This document shows, piece by piece, positions 11,102-23,184 of a DNA stretch of 64,000 bases. Origin of the DNA: Azolla caroliniana (lineage: Eukaryota > Plantae > Polypodiophyta); assembly GCA_043228905.1 (NCBI GenBank), contig JBHGNT010000008.1:21080001-21144000 (forward strand), in the 5' to 3' direction. A program made the position numbers and the translations under genes. The notes under the pieces are model-generated. The model was given only the letters and a program-made list of their open reading frames with translations. It ran no database searches and had not been told where the DNA came from. Every line of letters starts with the position of its first letter. Position 1 is the first letter of the stretch.

Positions 11102-14059
11102 TCAATAACTAATTAGGTCAATGTTTGATTTTTTCCCATTCCTCCATGAGCATATCACACTTTGACCACCCCGGCTTGTTTTCAACAAGCCAATACCATG
11201 CCTAAATTGTTTCAAGCTCCCTTTCAGGAGTTAACATTTCTTCATGTATGTGCACATATTCTTTCGGCCTCCCACAATTGGTTTGGAATTCTAGCATCAC
11301 TTGCAACACTTTTGATGACCCATTTTCCATCTCAATCTTTGCATGCCTAGGAGGCCAATAAAGCGACCACCTTTTTCCCCGTATGCAGTCCCACGAGTAT
11401 AACAATCCTCTCCACCTGCATTTGCATCACTTTGCTAAATGAAACAATCGTGTCCAAATTTTCCCCGTTGTGATTTAGGGTAAGGGAAAACCCTTTGGGG
11501 TCATCCCCTTGATCTTGTTTCTTGAGTATCACATTTAGTCAGATTTTTGATAGGGGGCAGTCCTTCTTATTCTTAGTTCTCGGAGCAACTTCATCTTTTT
11601 TTGCGGTTATAAGGCACTAAATAATATATAGGAAATTAGAAAAAAAGTTGGATGGAAATATTTGGATAACAAAAATAAGAAAGAAACATATGACAAAATA
11701 ATTAGAAGTTAACAATCAATTTTTTGGATTACATTAATTGTAATGAATATAAAATAAATAAGATCATCATTTCATGGGTCAAACAAAAAATGCATTGAAA
11801 TCTTATTTTCATCCATAGAAATACATTGTGATGTCACCAAGCTTTGTCATATGTTTGTGACTAATTAAGAAGAACTACAAGTACAAAGTAGTGATGCATT
11901 CTCTACATAAATCTCAAAATGGCAATGTTTGACTTAGATAGGAAATATCCCTTCCTACAATAGGGCACCACCAGGTATGAGCTATGAAGTTTCCAATAGT
12001 AATTTGATATAATCCACATATATCCTCACATTTCATCAAATATGGTGTAAAAATATGAATTTAAGTTATCTATTAGCTTTATCTCCAAGGTGTGAAGACT
12101 TTTCCTTGATGTGGCATTCCTCAAAAAATAAAATATAGTGATTCCACATAACTTCTTCTTCAACACAATAGTCTTTATCTTTGTCTTCAAGCTTTAAGGA
12201 CTTTTCCTTGATGTGATATTCGAAACAAATTTAAATATAGTGATTCCATGTAACTTCTTCCTTAACACAATTGTCTTGCATCTTCCTTTCCCTTGACATA
12301 ACAAGGAATAAAATTAAATAATAGGATCAGTATAGTCATTAATGCATCCTTGATCCTAAATTTCCTAGCATTGACAATAACCATACATATTTTGATGTCG
12401 TTAAAAAAAAACAATTATGATAGGTTTCTAAGTGTAGATCTTTGTTGGATCATGCGTTTCTTTTTCTAAGGAAAACTCTTAATCACACTATTTGCTACAT
12501 CTTGAGACATTAACAATCAAGTGTTAACACATCTCCGGATATGCAAGAAACACCTTGGATATAATCATTAGAGTCACATTTGATAAAGTTCCCCACCTCA
12601 TCATAATTGAGATAGCTTGTGATCATGCTACAATGAACACCATTTTAATCTACCACAATCATCATCATGTATTCAATAGTACAATCTTGATTGTTGGTGC
12701 AACATTATTGTGTTTACCAACCTTCGTCATGCTTATATTGAACGTCTAATATCTTGAGGAATCATCATCCTACCCTTTGATCGATCAAGAATAACCCCTA
12801 TACCCCATCACTTGGGGTTGTTGCCCCAAAACCTCCATTGGACCTAAACAAATGGTCATATTGGCTATTATCCAACACACTCTTGTGGATTCCATTATTT
12901 TGTAAGCATTTGGCCTTTTGTTGCACAAAGACTCTATGAATCTAAATTGGGAATCATACCAAAAACAAATGCCAATTTGGGTATTTACACTATTGACACT
13001 AGGATCATTGAGAGATCACAATCACGGAAGTGTATGTTTGAGTTGACATTTGGACTATCGATAGGTAGAACTTGTGAAGATGTAGTAACATGAGCAAAAA
13101 TGGTCTTCTAGTTGCACCAAATGGTCATAAAGTTGGCTAGGTTCACACCATGTTTTTTACATTTTTACAAGTCCTTGTATGAGTCTTGAATCTCTAGAAA
13201 AAGAGAATAAACAATAGCTAGAATGTATGTTTATTCATTCTATAGTGAGTGTAGCTAGTGACCAATCCCATAATGAGGTTTTCGAAATCCTAGTCAAACA
13301 TAACTGAATTCATGGAAAATTTGAATAGCATTTTGATCCCTTATTCTCGTGTGGATGGAGTCCTCTTGTAGAAGAACACATTAAGTGCACATATGGTGCA
13401 CTATTTTATTTTATTTTTCCACAACAAAATATCCTTCCATTAGTTTAAAAATAAAGTCATAACAACTACAACATACAAAATATTTTTTCCCAACTGGTCT
13501 TGTGTAAGACAATGGCTGAGGAAACAAATCTATGTACTCCAAAGTAGAGGACAACAGTCAACTAATTTGCAAGTTATTCCATCGACAAATTCCAAGTTAT
13601 TCCATAGACAGCAACAAAAGTAGATGCATTCAGAGAGAAGCCCTCGCCGCTCATACATATGAACCATTTTAATCTTCTTCAACATGCTCATGTTCAACAT
13701 AATTTGCAATCAACACATTCCAAGTTATTCCAAAGTTGCAGCATCTAGAGACAAGCCCTCGTAGCTCATAGAATGGAACCATTACAATGCTTTTTAAACA
13801 TGCTATATCCACCAATGCAATTCCAATCAATCTACCTTTATCCAAAAAACCAAATACTACCACAAGGTTTCAAGGTAGAGAACAATGTATTCCATGCCTC
13901 TACATCTTGGTTTTGAAGGCGATCAAATACATTCTACGCTTGTTCAAGATAACCACATTTCACATATGTGTCTATAAACACAAACGAATGCTTCCTCTTT
14001 CTACATCAACTATCTCGCCGGTTACCACCAAATTCCTACACATACAACAGCAAAATAAG

Positions 14060-14480
14060 TCATGTTTCCTCCTCTCCTCAAGAGACTATGCTTCCGCCCC
14101 CACTCCATCATCACTCATCCTTATCCAAAACATAAGTTCTGCTTCATTACGTCGACATCAACCATCCCGCAGATTACTGCCAAGATCCTATACATACAAC
14201 AAGAAAAGGAATCTAGTCTCCTCATGAGAATATGCTTTAGTCCCCACACCATCATCACTCATCTGTATCAAAAACATAAAATCAGCTTCATTAAGTCCAC
14301 ATCAACCATTTCACAGTCATCAATTCACCACCAAAATCTTGCACATACACAAACACAATGAAAACCAAAATGACACTACTCTCTTCGTTTCCTCATTAAA
14401 ATATATTATATCCCCCAACACCATTATCACTCATCCTTATCCAAAATAAGAATATGCTTCATTTTCCACATCCACCATCT
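14060..14480. repeat. Degenerate tandem repeat, about 3 copies of 140-170 bp
   Basis: Recurring ccatcatcactcatccttatccaaaa...gcttcatt...catcaaccat. Confidence 0.7.
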
Positions 14481-15127
14481 CACCCCTATCATTCCATAGG
14501 ACAGCCCCTCTCACATCCATATGTCCTTCTCGTCAACCTGTAAATTAAACAGGGAGGAAGAAACTATATACCTAGAAATTATGTTTGAAATAAGAAAGGA
14601 TCAGGAGGAGGGAATAGCCAACGTGGTGGAGCATAATTCCAACGATCTTCATCTAGCTCATCTAGTCAGAGAGGTATGGGCCACCATATTTTATGAATTT
14701 TCCGCCTTTTCCTATGCATCTTTTCTGCCGTTCCATTAATACTATCATACTCTCCCTTAATTGTGTGCTCCAAGTTATCCTAGAACATCTTAATCATATC
14801 CACCACATTGTACTTGATGCCTTCATATTTCTTGCTGCAACGACACTTCCACCACACCCATAAAGCATTAATCGAAACAATATTCCTATTAAGAATTAGG
14901 TAATTAACTAAGGGTTAATAAGTATCTAATTATGTGATTAAGTGGCGGAAGATTATGTGATGTCTGTGTATGTATGTGAGAGTGTGAGAGGAAGAGAGAA
15001 AGAACACTTATGAATGACGAGACAAGATGGGGGATGATTAACTATATTAAAAAGCATCATCAAGTTACAACGTTATCCTCAATGAGGTATTGTAAAGTAT
15101 TGGATGGATTTTGTGCAACGGAAGAAC

Positions 15128-15130
15128 TGT

Positions 15131-15162
<32 letters not shown>

Positions 15163-15187
15163 GAGAGAGAGAGAGAGAGAGAGAGAG
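15128..15187. repeat. Compound microsatellite (TG)n(G)n(GA)n
   Basis: Read directly from the sequence. Confidence 0.95.
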
Positions 15188-15472
15188 CTCACAATTACAA
15201 AATATCAAAAAACTGTATTGCAAAGGAAGCAAGAATAACCAATAGTTACAAAGAGAGGGAGAAGGTGATCATGTAGTCATCTTCTCTCTAAGTTCTCTCA
15301 CTAGTACTGTCTCTTGGGAAAGAGGTCATGTCTTAACTACTTAAAGAATATGTGTCATAGGACATTAACTTCTATGACACACTAGTTACTATACAAGGAG
15401 GTGGGGTGTTCACACACTTGGGTATCCTAGATTGTGTTCCCACTCACGCAAAGTTGAGTTTGATTCCCAACA

Positions 15473-18400
15473 CACCCCTTCAAACACAATTTCCGGTTGT
15501 TGGATTGTCAGATGTTTGGTTCGGATTGGTCTTCGGGTTGAGGAATCCGGCTTTGGCTTCAAATCGCTGGTATACTCCTACTGCTCCGTACTCCCCCTCA
15601 AGTTCGGGTAGTCGATGGTTGAACGACCTAGGTTAGTCGTGAACTACTGCAACTTGTTGACTGCTAGGGCCTTGGTGAAGATGTTGGCCGTCTGTAGGTT
15701 TGTGGTAATGTGTTGCAGGTCGACATCCCCGACCAGAACACGCTCTCGAATGAAGTGGTAGTGCACCTCGATTTGCTTAGTCCGAGGATGGAAGATTAGG
15801 TTTTGAGCGAGGTGGATACTAGTCATGTTTTCGATGTAAAGGAGAATTGGATCCCTGATGGGAACGCCCAGATCCTTTAGGATTCTCTTGAGCCAAAAGG
15901 CTTCACATGTGGCTATGGTCGTGCCCCTGTATTCGGCTTCAGTGCTCGACAGTGTGGCTGTCGACTGTTTCTTACTACTCCATGATATGGCACCACTGCC
16001 GAGAGAAAAAAACGATTCCGGATGTCAGTCGTCGGTTAGCTTTGTGGCTGGGCCAGTCGGCATCAGTATAACCCTCGAGTCATATCGGTGTGGCCGACTT
16101 ATAAAGGATGCCAAAATCCATGGTTCCACTCACATACCTGAGCACTCGCTTAGCACAATCGAGATGGATGTCTCGCGGAGTTTGCATGAACTAGCTAAGG
16201 AGGCCGGCCGGGTAACTCGGGTCAGGTCGGGTAATTGTGAGGTAGATTAGGCTTCGGACTAGTTGAGGATAGTGCATTGGCTCACACTCTCTAGTGCCTG
16301 AGTCGGCATCTAGGTTTAGATTTCCATCGAGAGGAGTAGTGACGGGCTTACACTGTGTCATCCCAAACTTGTAAAGAAGATTGAGGATATAATGCTTTTG
16401 AGAAAGCATGATGCCATATGGAGTCCAAATTACTTATATTCCTAGAAAGTAATGGAGCTCCTTCATATCGGTCATTTCGAATTGGTTGGAGAGGCGCTTC
16501 TTGATGTGCAATATCTGCTAAATGCTCTCCTCCTATGACCAAGTCATCTGCATAAATGATGATAAATACATGTCCTTTGAAGTCACTCCGGATGAACAGA
16601 GAGTTGTCGAACTTGGACATGTTGAAGCCAATTTGATGAAGATATTGCATTATCTTCGAATGCCATGCTCTCAGTGCCTGCTTGAGGCCCTAGAGAGGCT
16701 TTTTGAGTCGGGAGACAACAACCGAATGCGTAGTCGACACAAATCCATGTGGTTGCACCATAAGCACCTCTTCGTCTAACTTGCCTTGTAGAAAGGAGTT
16801 CTTTACGTCCATTTGGTGGAAACGCCACCCTTTTGCTGTTGAAGCGCAAACACGGTTCGAATTGTTGTCATCTTTGCCACCGGGGCAAAGATCTCTTCGT
16901 AGTGAACACTGTGCGTTTGCGTGTAGCCCTTCGCCAGAAGCTCGGCCTTGTACCGATGGATAGTGTTGTCGGCGTAGTGTTTTACCTTGACGATCCACTG
17001 GCATCCAATTGCCTTTTGGTGGTTTGAAGAAGGGACGAGATCCCATATCTCATTCTTGGAGAGTGCTTGCATCTCCTCATTCATCATTTTGACCCATTTA
17101 GGGCCCTTTTAGGCTTCAGAATAGTTTTCTGTTCTCGAACTATCGACACCTTCATCATGAATGCATAATGATATGCCATGTAGTTGTTGTAGCCAAATCG
17201 ATTGACTACGTTCTTTTCTCGGGTGGATTGACGTGGTTCTCCTAGTGTCCTCATGATGGGAACATCTAATCTACCAAACTCGCTGTCGGATAAGTGAGTC
17301 GATTCATTTCCAACTTAGTCTTTGTACTCAGGCATTTTGGCCTTTCCTTTGTTCTGTTTAGGACTCGGCTGGGATGTGCTTCGGTCGCTTGGAGGCTCTT
17401 GTGGTCCACCCAACCTGGTTGAGATTAGACTTTCCTCAGATGTGGGCCTCGGTCGCTCATTCTACTCCGCATTTGTGTCGAACTCGGTTTTGATTGTATC
17501 AGATTGGGGCCGATTCGACTGTATACCAGGATTCTGACTCGTCGAATATTGGATCCCTAGTCACTCTACCTTCTTGGTGGAAGGGTTGAAACACTTATAC
17601 TAGTTTTTCTCGAGTGAGTACCCTACGAATATACATTTCTCCGACTTGGAATTAAGCTTCTACCGTAGGTCGTTGGGAATATGTACATATGTACTTGAAC
17701 CGAATATCTTAACATGAGATAGATCTAGTTTCTTCCCATAGAACTTTTGGAAGGGGGTAACTTCATGCACTACTGATGTTGTGCAACAATTCATTAGATA
17801 AACAATCGTCTTTGCCTCTTCAGCTCAATATGACTTTGGAAAATGTTTCTTGTTCATCATTGCCCTTCCCACCTCGAGTATATGCAGATTCTTGCAATCA
17901 GCTCCTCTATTCTGCTGAGGTGTGTGCTGGCAGGTAAACTCCTGATGGATTCCTTTTTGTCGAAGATATGTTGTAAAGGCGTCGATGTACTCTTTGTCGC
18001 CGTCTAATCAAAGGCATCTGACATGCCGACCAGTTTCCTTTTCGACTTCATTTTTGAACCTTTGGAAGTGTCTGAACACTTCGCTCTTCTGCCACATAGG
18101 GTAGATCTAGGTATGTCTGGAAAAGACGTCGATGAATGTTACGTAGTATTGGAAACCACCGAATGTTGTCATCTGGGTTGGTCCCCATACATCTAAGTGT
18201 ATTAAATCTAGGATCCCTTTGCTTACGTTCCTCTCCTTTGGGAACGGTTGACGGTACTGTTTGCCGAATTGACAACCTTCACACACGCATGCTCTCTCCT
18301 TTTCGTTAAAAATCGGAAGTCCGAAGATGACTCCTTTCTACTGTATTCCTCTAAGCTTTTGGAGGTTAATGTGACCAATATGTTTGTGCCATAGTTCTAT

Positions 18401-18896
18401 GTCGGCGTCGACCCTCTAGCCCTTGGCATACATTGCCGAGTTCCTCTCATGAGAGTCGAGGATGAACATCCAACCTTCTAGCGATGAGTTGACCTTCTTT
18501 TTCGATGAAGCATCCTCCATCGTTGAAGCGGACTTGTATGCCTTGTTCGACTATATTGCCATCTGAGACCATGCAGTAGGAACATGCAGTACATTCTTGA
18601 TGTAAGTTTGGTTGCATTCTTCCCCAAATGGAACATTGCCGATATGCAGAATGGGGTGGATTCTGTCATCCCTAGTTTCCACATAGCCGGGTCGTTCGGG
18701 CTTCCGTAGCTCCTTGAACCAATCCTCGTGGGATGTCATGTGGTTGGAAGCACCCAAGTCAACAAACCATACATCTTCTAGTTTGGAGGTGTTGGTCAGG
18801 TTGGAGTTTGTCATCGAGTTCGCTCTATGCCACACCACAAACATTCTGCCATGATTGTCATACTCGGAGTTGGAAGCGTAGTTTGTGAGTTGTCGG
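15473..18896 (-). mobile_element. Degenerate Copia (family Y-like) PR-INT-RT-RNaseH; 3' LTR abuts at 15472
   Basis: WFVDLGASNHMT, integrase remnants, FAPVAKMTT, MDVKNSFLQG, IYADD, HPRTKQIEVHYHFIRE and ANIFTKAL. PPT ttgaaggggtg (15473-15483) is followed by tgttggg. The far LTR boundary is uncertain. Confidence 0.85.
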
Positions 18897-19199
18897 TGTT
18901 AGGATTTCGGTCCCTCCAGATGGGATATGAGTACCCGACAATGCAGACCCGGTGAGAACTGGATGATGAGTACCCAGCAAGGAAGACCTAATGAGAACCG
19001 GATGATGCAAGCTCGGTGAGAACCTCTCACCGGATGAAGGGAGATAGATGTAAATATGTTTCTGTTAGCCCATTGTGGCTATATTTGTAAATAGCCCGAA
19101 AGTCATATTAGTATAAATATGACCTAGGGCAAACACTATTTAGAGCGTGGTCGCAGATCATCGTAAGTGTAATTTTGTGTAACTGCTGTATTGAGCGTA

Positions 19200-19251
<52 letters not shown>

Positions 19252-19945
19252 TGAACAGTCTCTGTTGTAACTGCCTGTTGGCGAAGATTGAAAGCACGAG
19301 GTCGTTGCCTCTGTGACTTATGACTGTAATCTTTACATAGTGATAGTTTGGAGTCTGTGGGCTCCCGTGGTTTTTTCCCTTATTAGGGTTTTTCCACGCA
19401 AACATACTATGTACTCTCTTTCAGTGTTTCGTGTATACGTGCATCTATCTCCACATTCCCATTTCTGTGATTGTAATTCTCAACGAAGTGATCGAAGACT
19501 CGGTTGTGGCCGAGCATTATTCCACATATTCTCTTCAAACTGGTATCCGAGCATTATTCCACATTATTTGAAGAATCTTTCGGCGGCATGTTCAACCTCA
19601 CCGGCTCCAACTACTTAGTGTGGAAGTCGAAGATGAGGGGCATGTTGTTGGTTAAAGATCTTTGGTTGCCGGTTCAGTTCGGGGATAAGAGATCAGATAA
19701 GATCGACGCCACGATGTGGGGGTGATGCACATGAAGAGGACGGCATAAATCGAGTGCTTCATCGACATGAGCCTATACAACAACTTCAATGAAGAGAGCA
19801 AGGCTCATGAACTCTAGGAGAAGATCGGCCTCATGTTCCAGAACAAGAATGTCATTAATCGGGTTTCGGTATTTCGGAAGCTAGTGAGGCTTCGGTGCCA
19901 AGACAATTCCAGTATATCAGAGCACATGAATGCCTTGCTGATACA
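18897..19945 (+). mobile_element. Copia element Z, part 1: 5' LTR 18897-19537, PBS 19541-19552, gag start
   Basis: The LTR starts tgttaggatttcggtccctcc, like the LTR at 55860, and holds (GA)n at 19203-19248. gag reads MFNLTGSNYLVWKSKMRGML. Confidence 0.85.
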
Positions 19946-20485
19946 CCAAGTGTTACCGATTAGGAACACGGTCTATGGTCAGTCCTTCCACCTAGACCTC
20001 AAAGTGACTGTGTGACAATGAATGGTAACGTCTATGCGTAATACTTAGTGGGATACCTCCCGTAACCTAGCAGCGTATAAGGGAGACGGCTACAACCAAG
20101 CTCCTTAGACACTTGGCTAGCGCACACACTATTACTCACACCTACGCTCTTAAGGATTACAGACACACAGTAGATTAACCACAGATACGCATAGATATAA
20201 GAGAAGATAGAACTCTATTAAGATACACCTTTTACATTCAAAATTACACGGTACCTCTATCAGAGGTTTTCTGCCCTTTATATACGCAGGGTCTTCTAGC
20301 CGTTCACGCTTCCTTCATGAACCGTTTACATGCGTTACAATATTACTCTATTCCATATTACTGCGCTCTTGTCCGTCGATTACTATTCCGGCGGACAACA
20401 CCTGGCACATCTGTGGGACAGTGCCATGGCACGTCGAACCCACCCCTTTAATCTTCCTCCAAAATGGCCCTGATGTTTGGTTCTG

Positions 20486-23180
20486 CTACGGTGTCCGTGT
20501 CCGGGGACGGCATAGGGCCCATAGGCGATAGTTGTGTGGTTCCCCTGCTTGGTTGGGAGGGCTTCCCATGGTGTTGCAGTCATCCTGTGTGGGCAGTTTG
20601 GGTTCTGCTGGCTCTTCTTGGGCTATGGGGGTTGGTTCAGCCGTCCGCGGGCTTGCGGTAGGTAGCAGCTCTGTTTCATCCGTCACTTCCTCTGTGATGT
20701 CGGCCGTCGTTGTACGCTCTGGGGAGTGGGGTTGCAGTTCCTCTTGGTCCGGAACGTCCTCTGTGAGGTCGGCCGTAAGCATATGCTCCAGTGGGTGGGG
20801 TTCCTCTTGGTCAGTGGTTTCGTTGTCTGGTATTGCGGGGGACTCCGCTCGCCATTCCGTGTTATTCACTGTAGTGGTAATTTCTGGTGTCGCGATGGAT
20901 TCCTCGTTTGTTTGCATGTTGTCGGCTTGCGTGATCTGGTGAAACAGGTCCTCCTGACTTTCACCAAAATCATCTAGTAGCTGCGCGATTTCCTCGGAAT
21001 GTTCGTCCGCTAGCGTGCGATAGTCCAACGCTAGGTCCTCGCATACTACCGCAATGCTTTCCTCATTGAGTTTGTAGAACCCTCAGCCGTCTTTCCTTCG
21101 GTTCTCCCAGTCCGCTCGATACGTATGCAATTCCGCCGTTGTGCAGCTCACGCCATCCATCCTTTGTCTAGCACCGATTTGAATTGCGCCGTAAACCTCT
21201 CCCGATTCGTTTGCAGAAGGATGCGCACGTTGTTGGTTATGGCTTGGCAACGATTGCGAGCTTCTTCTACAGATTTCTTGAGCTTTGCAATTTCTTGCTG
21301 ATTAACCGTCGTTGCTTCCTCATACGTGCTCCTCATACGCCATTGGGATTCCTTCGCATGTAGTTCTTCCAGTTTTCCCATTTCATTGTTCAGGCGGATT
21401 TTGAGCTGACGCCTTCTCTCCTGTTCTCCCACTAGTTGCTCGTCGAACCATGCTTTCTTCTTCTCCAATAAGGCCCAGAGTCCCGTGATTGCTGCTTCTG
21501 TTTTTTTCGCTTCCTCTCGTAATTGCGCATTTTCTTCTTTCGTCCGGGTGTGCTGTGCTGTCTCCTCTTCGAGTTTCTCTTCAATGGTGTTCACTGACTT
21601 TCGACCGTTAGCCCGGATGTCCTTTTCTCTGTCCGAGGACTGGCGAAGTTCGGCGCGGAGACGGTCAATCTCGGATTCCGCTAGTTGCACGGCCCATTTT
21701 GCTTTTGAGGCAATGGTGGTCTAAGCTTCAATCTCTTCCCTCACAGCTTCGACGGCGTTGGTTGTTGGTGGAGCTGCTTGTTGCATCGTAGTCGCGTTAT
21801 TTTCCAACTCCGTGATGAGTTCATTGGCCTTTTGTAGCTCGGCTTGGGTCAGTTTAACCTTTTTCTAGATATTTTTATTTCTAATCGCCATATCCTTGAC
21901 ACCCGTACTGACCTTTGCCAGGTCCCTATGAACTTCGACAAGGGCTGCGTTTAATGGGGCTAGTTCCATCCCCATCCGGCGTATACCGGCGTTCCTCTAC
22001 CTACCGACTCTGGCTAACTGATCCTCATCGTCGCTTTCCGCCGTTTGTGTTAACGCGTGCTCGATCATTTGGCGCTCCGTGGCTCCTCGGCCAGTCGTTG
22101 TGAGACTTTTATCTGTTGCGTTGCCAGGAATTCCATGAGTTCAAAAGAGGTTCCGAACTGTAATAGTGCGCCGAACTCATGGGCCGTGTCCGGAATGTCC
22201 GGATACGCCAGGACCTCCCTTTCCACTGTCAATACGGCTTTCCCCCGTTGTGATTGGGCCGTAATGATCGGTCATGGTTCCCGAATTACTTCAAAGGTGG
22301 TGTTGGGCTCCGTAGCTACGGAGCTGTCGCCCACGGTCGTTGTCTCCGTGGCCGCGAGTATGTCTTTAACTAGCCCTCTCCCATCTTTCCTGTCCAGTCT
22401 CCGCCTTTTCGGCCTCAGGCTTTCTTGTCGTGGTTTGGCTTTCGGCTCCGATGCCGCTTCCTCCGTGCGCGCAACCTGCTCTTCCTGTGTTGTTCGCGTG
22501 CTCGGTTGGGTGGGTTGGGGTTCATCCTCCCACTCTGTGGTGGCTAACTCCGCTAACCTTCGCTTCTCGGATCGAGGCCACGGCGTGGGCTTGCTAGGCT
22601 GCAGTGCCGACAGACCTCGGGGTGGGAATAGTATCGTCAGGTACTGTTGTATGATAGGCCTGAGCTTTTTGCCACCTTGATATGCGTGCAGGCCTTCCCT
22701 TAATGTTGGCCCCGTAATGACCCCCCAATCGACCGTACGCCCTTCAAAGGTATCAATGATGATAACTGCCTTCTGCTTGGGCATCCCATATGCGTTTACA
22801 TGTACGCATCCGACCTCCAATAGGAACTTGGCGATTTCGCGGAAAAAGGGATCCGGGATCTCCTTCGTTCTATATGCCTTGGCGGATGACGAATATGGCC
22901 CGAAATATCTCTGTAAGGACTCAGGATTTCGAAATGCCTTTCACCCAGAGATGACAGGTTCAACTTTTTTCGGATGGATAAGTTGGTGACCGTGTCGATG
23001 TTGAGCTTTCTAGCGATGTCCAGTGCATCAGGGTGTGGAGGTGCCTCAGCGACCCTGATGTACCCATCCAAGCGTTTCTTCACGAGCCATCGACGCAACG
23101 CGGTAGAGATGAATATCGGCATACTCGGAATAAGCTCGTGACTAGTGGGTGAAGATTGTTGGTTGCGGCGGGCTTGAGGT
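20486..23180 (-). pseudogene. Extra 3' ORF (env-position) of the Athila-like element, fragmented; coiled-coil and acidic tail
   Basis: Consecutive minus-strand ORF pieces 22796-23209, 22272-22820, 21148-21690 and 20486-21028 lie between pol and the 3' LTR. Confidence 0.6.
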
Positions 23181-23184
23181 CTGT

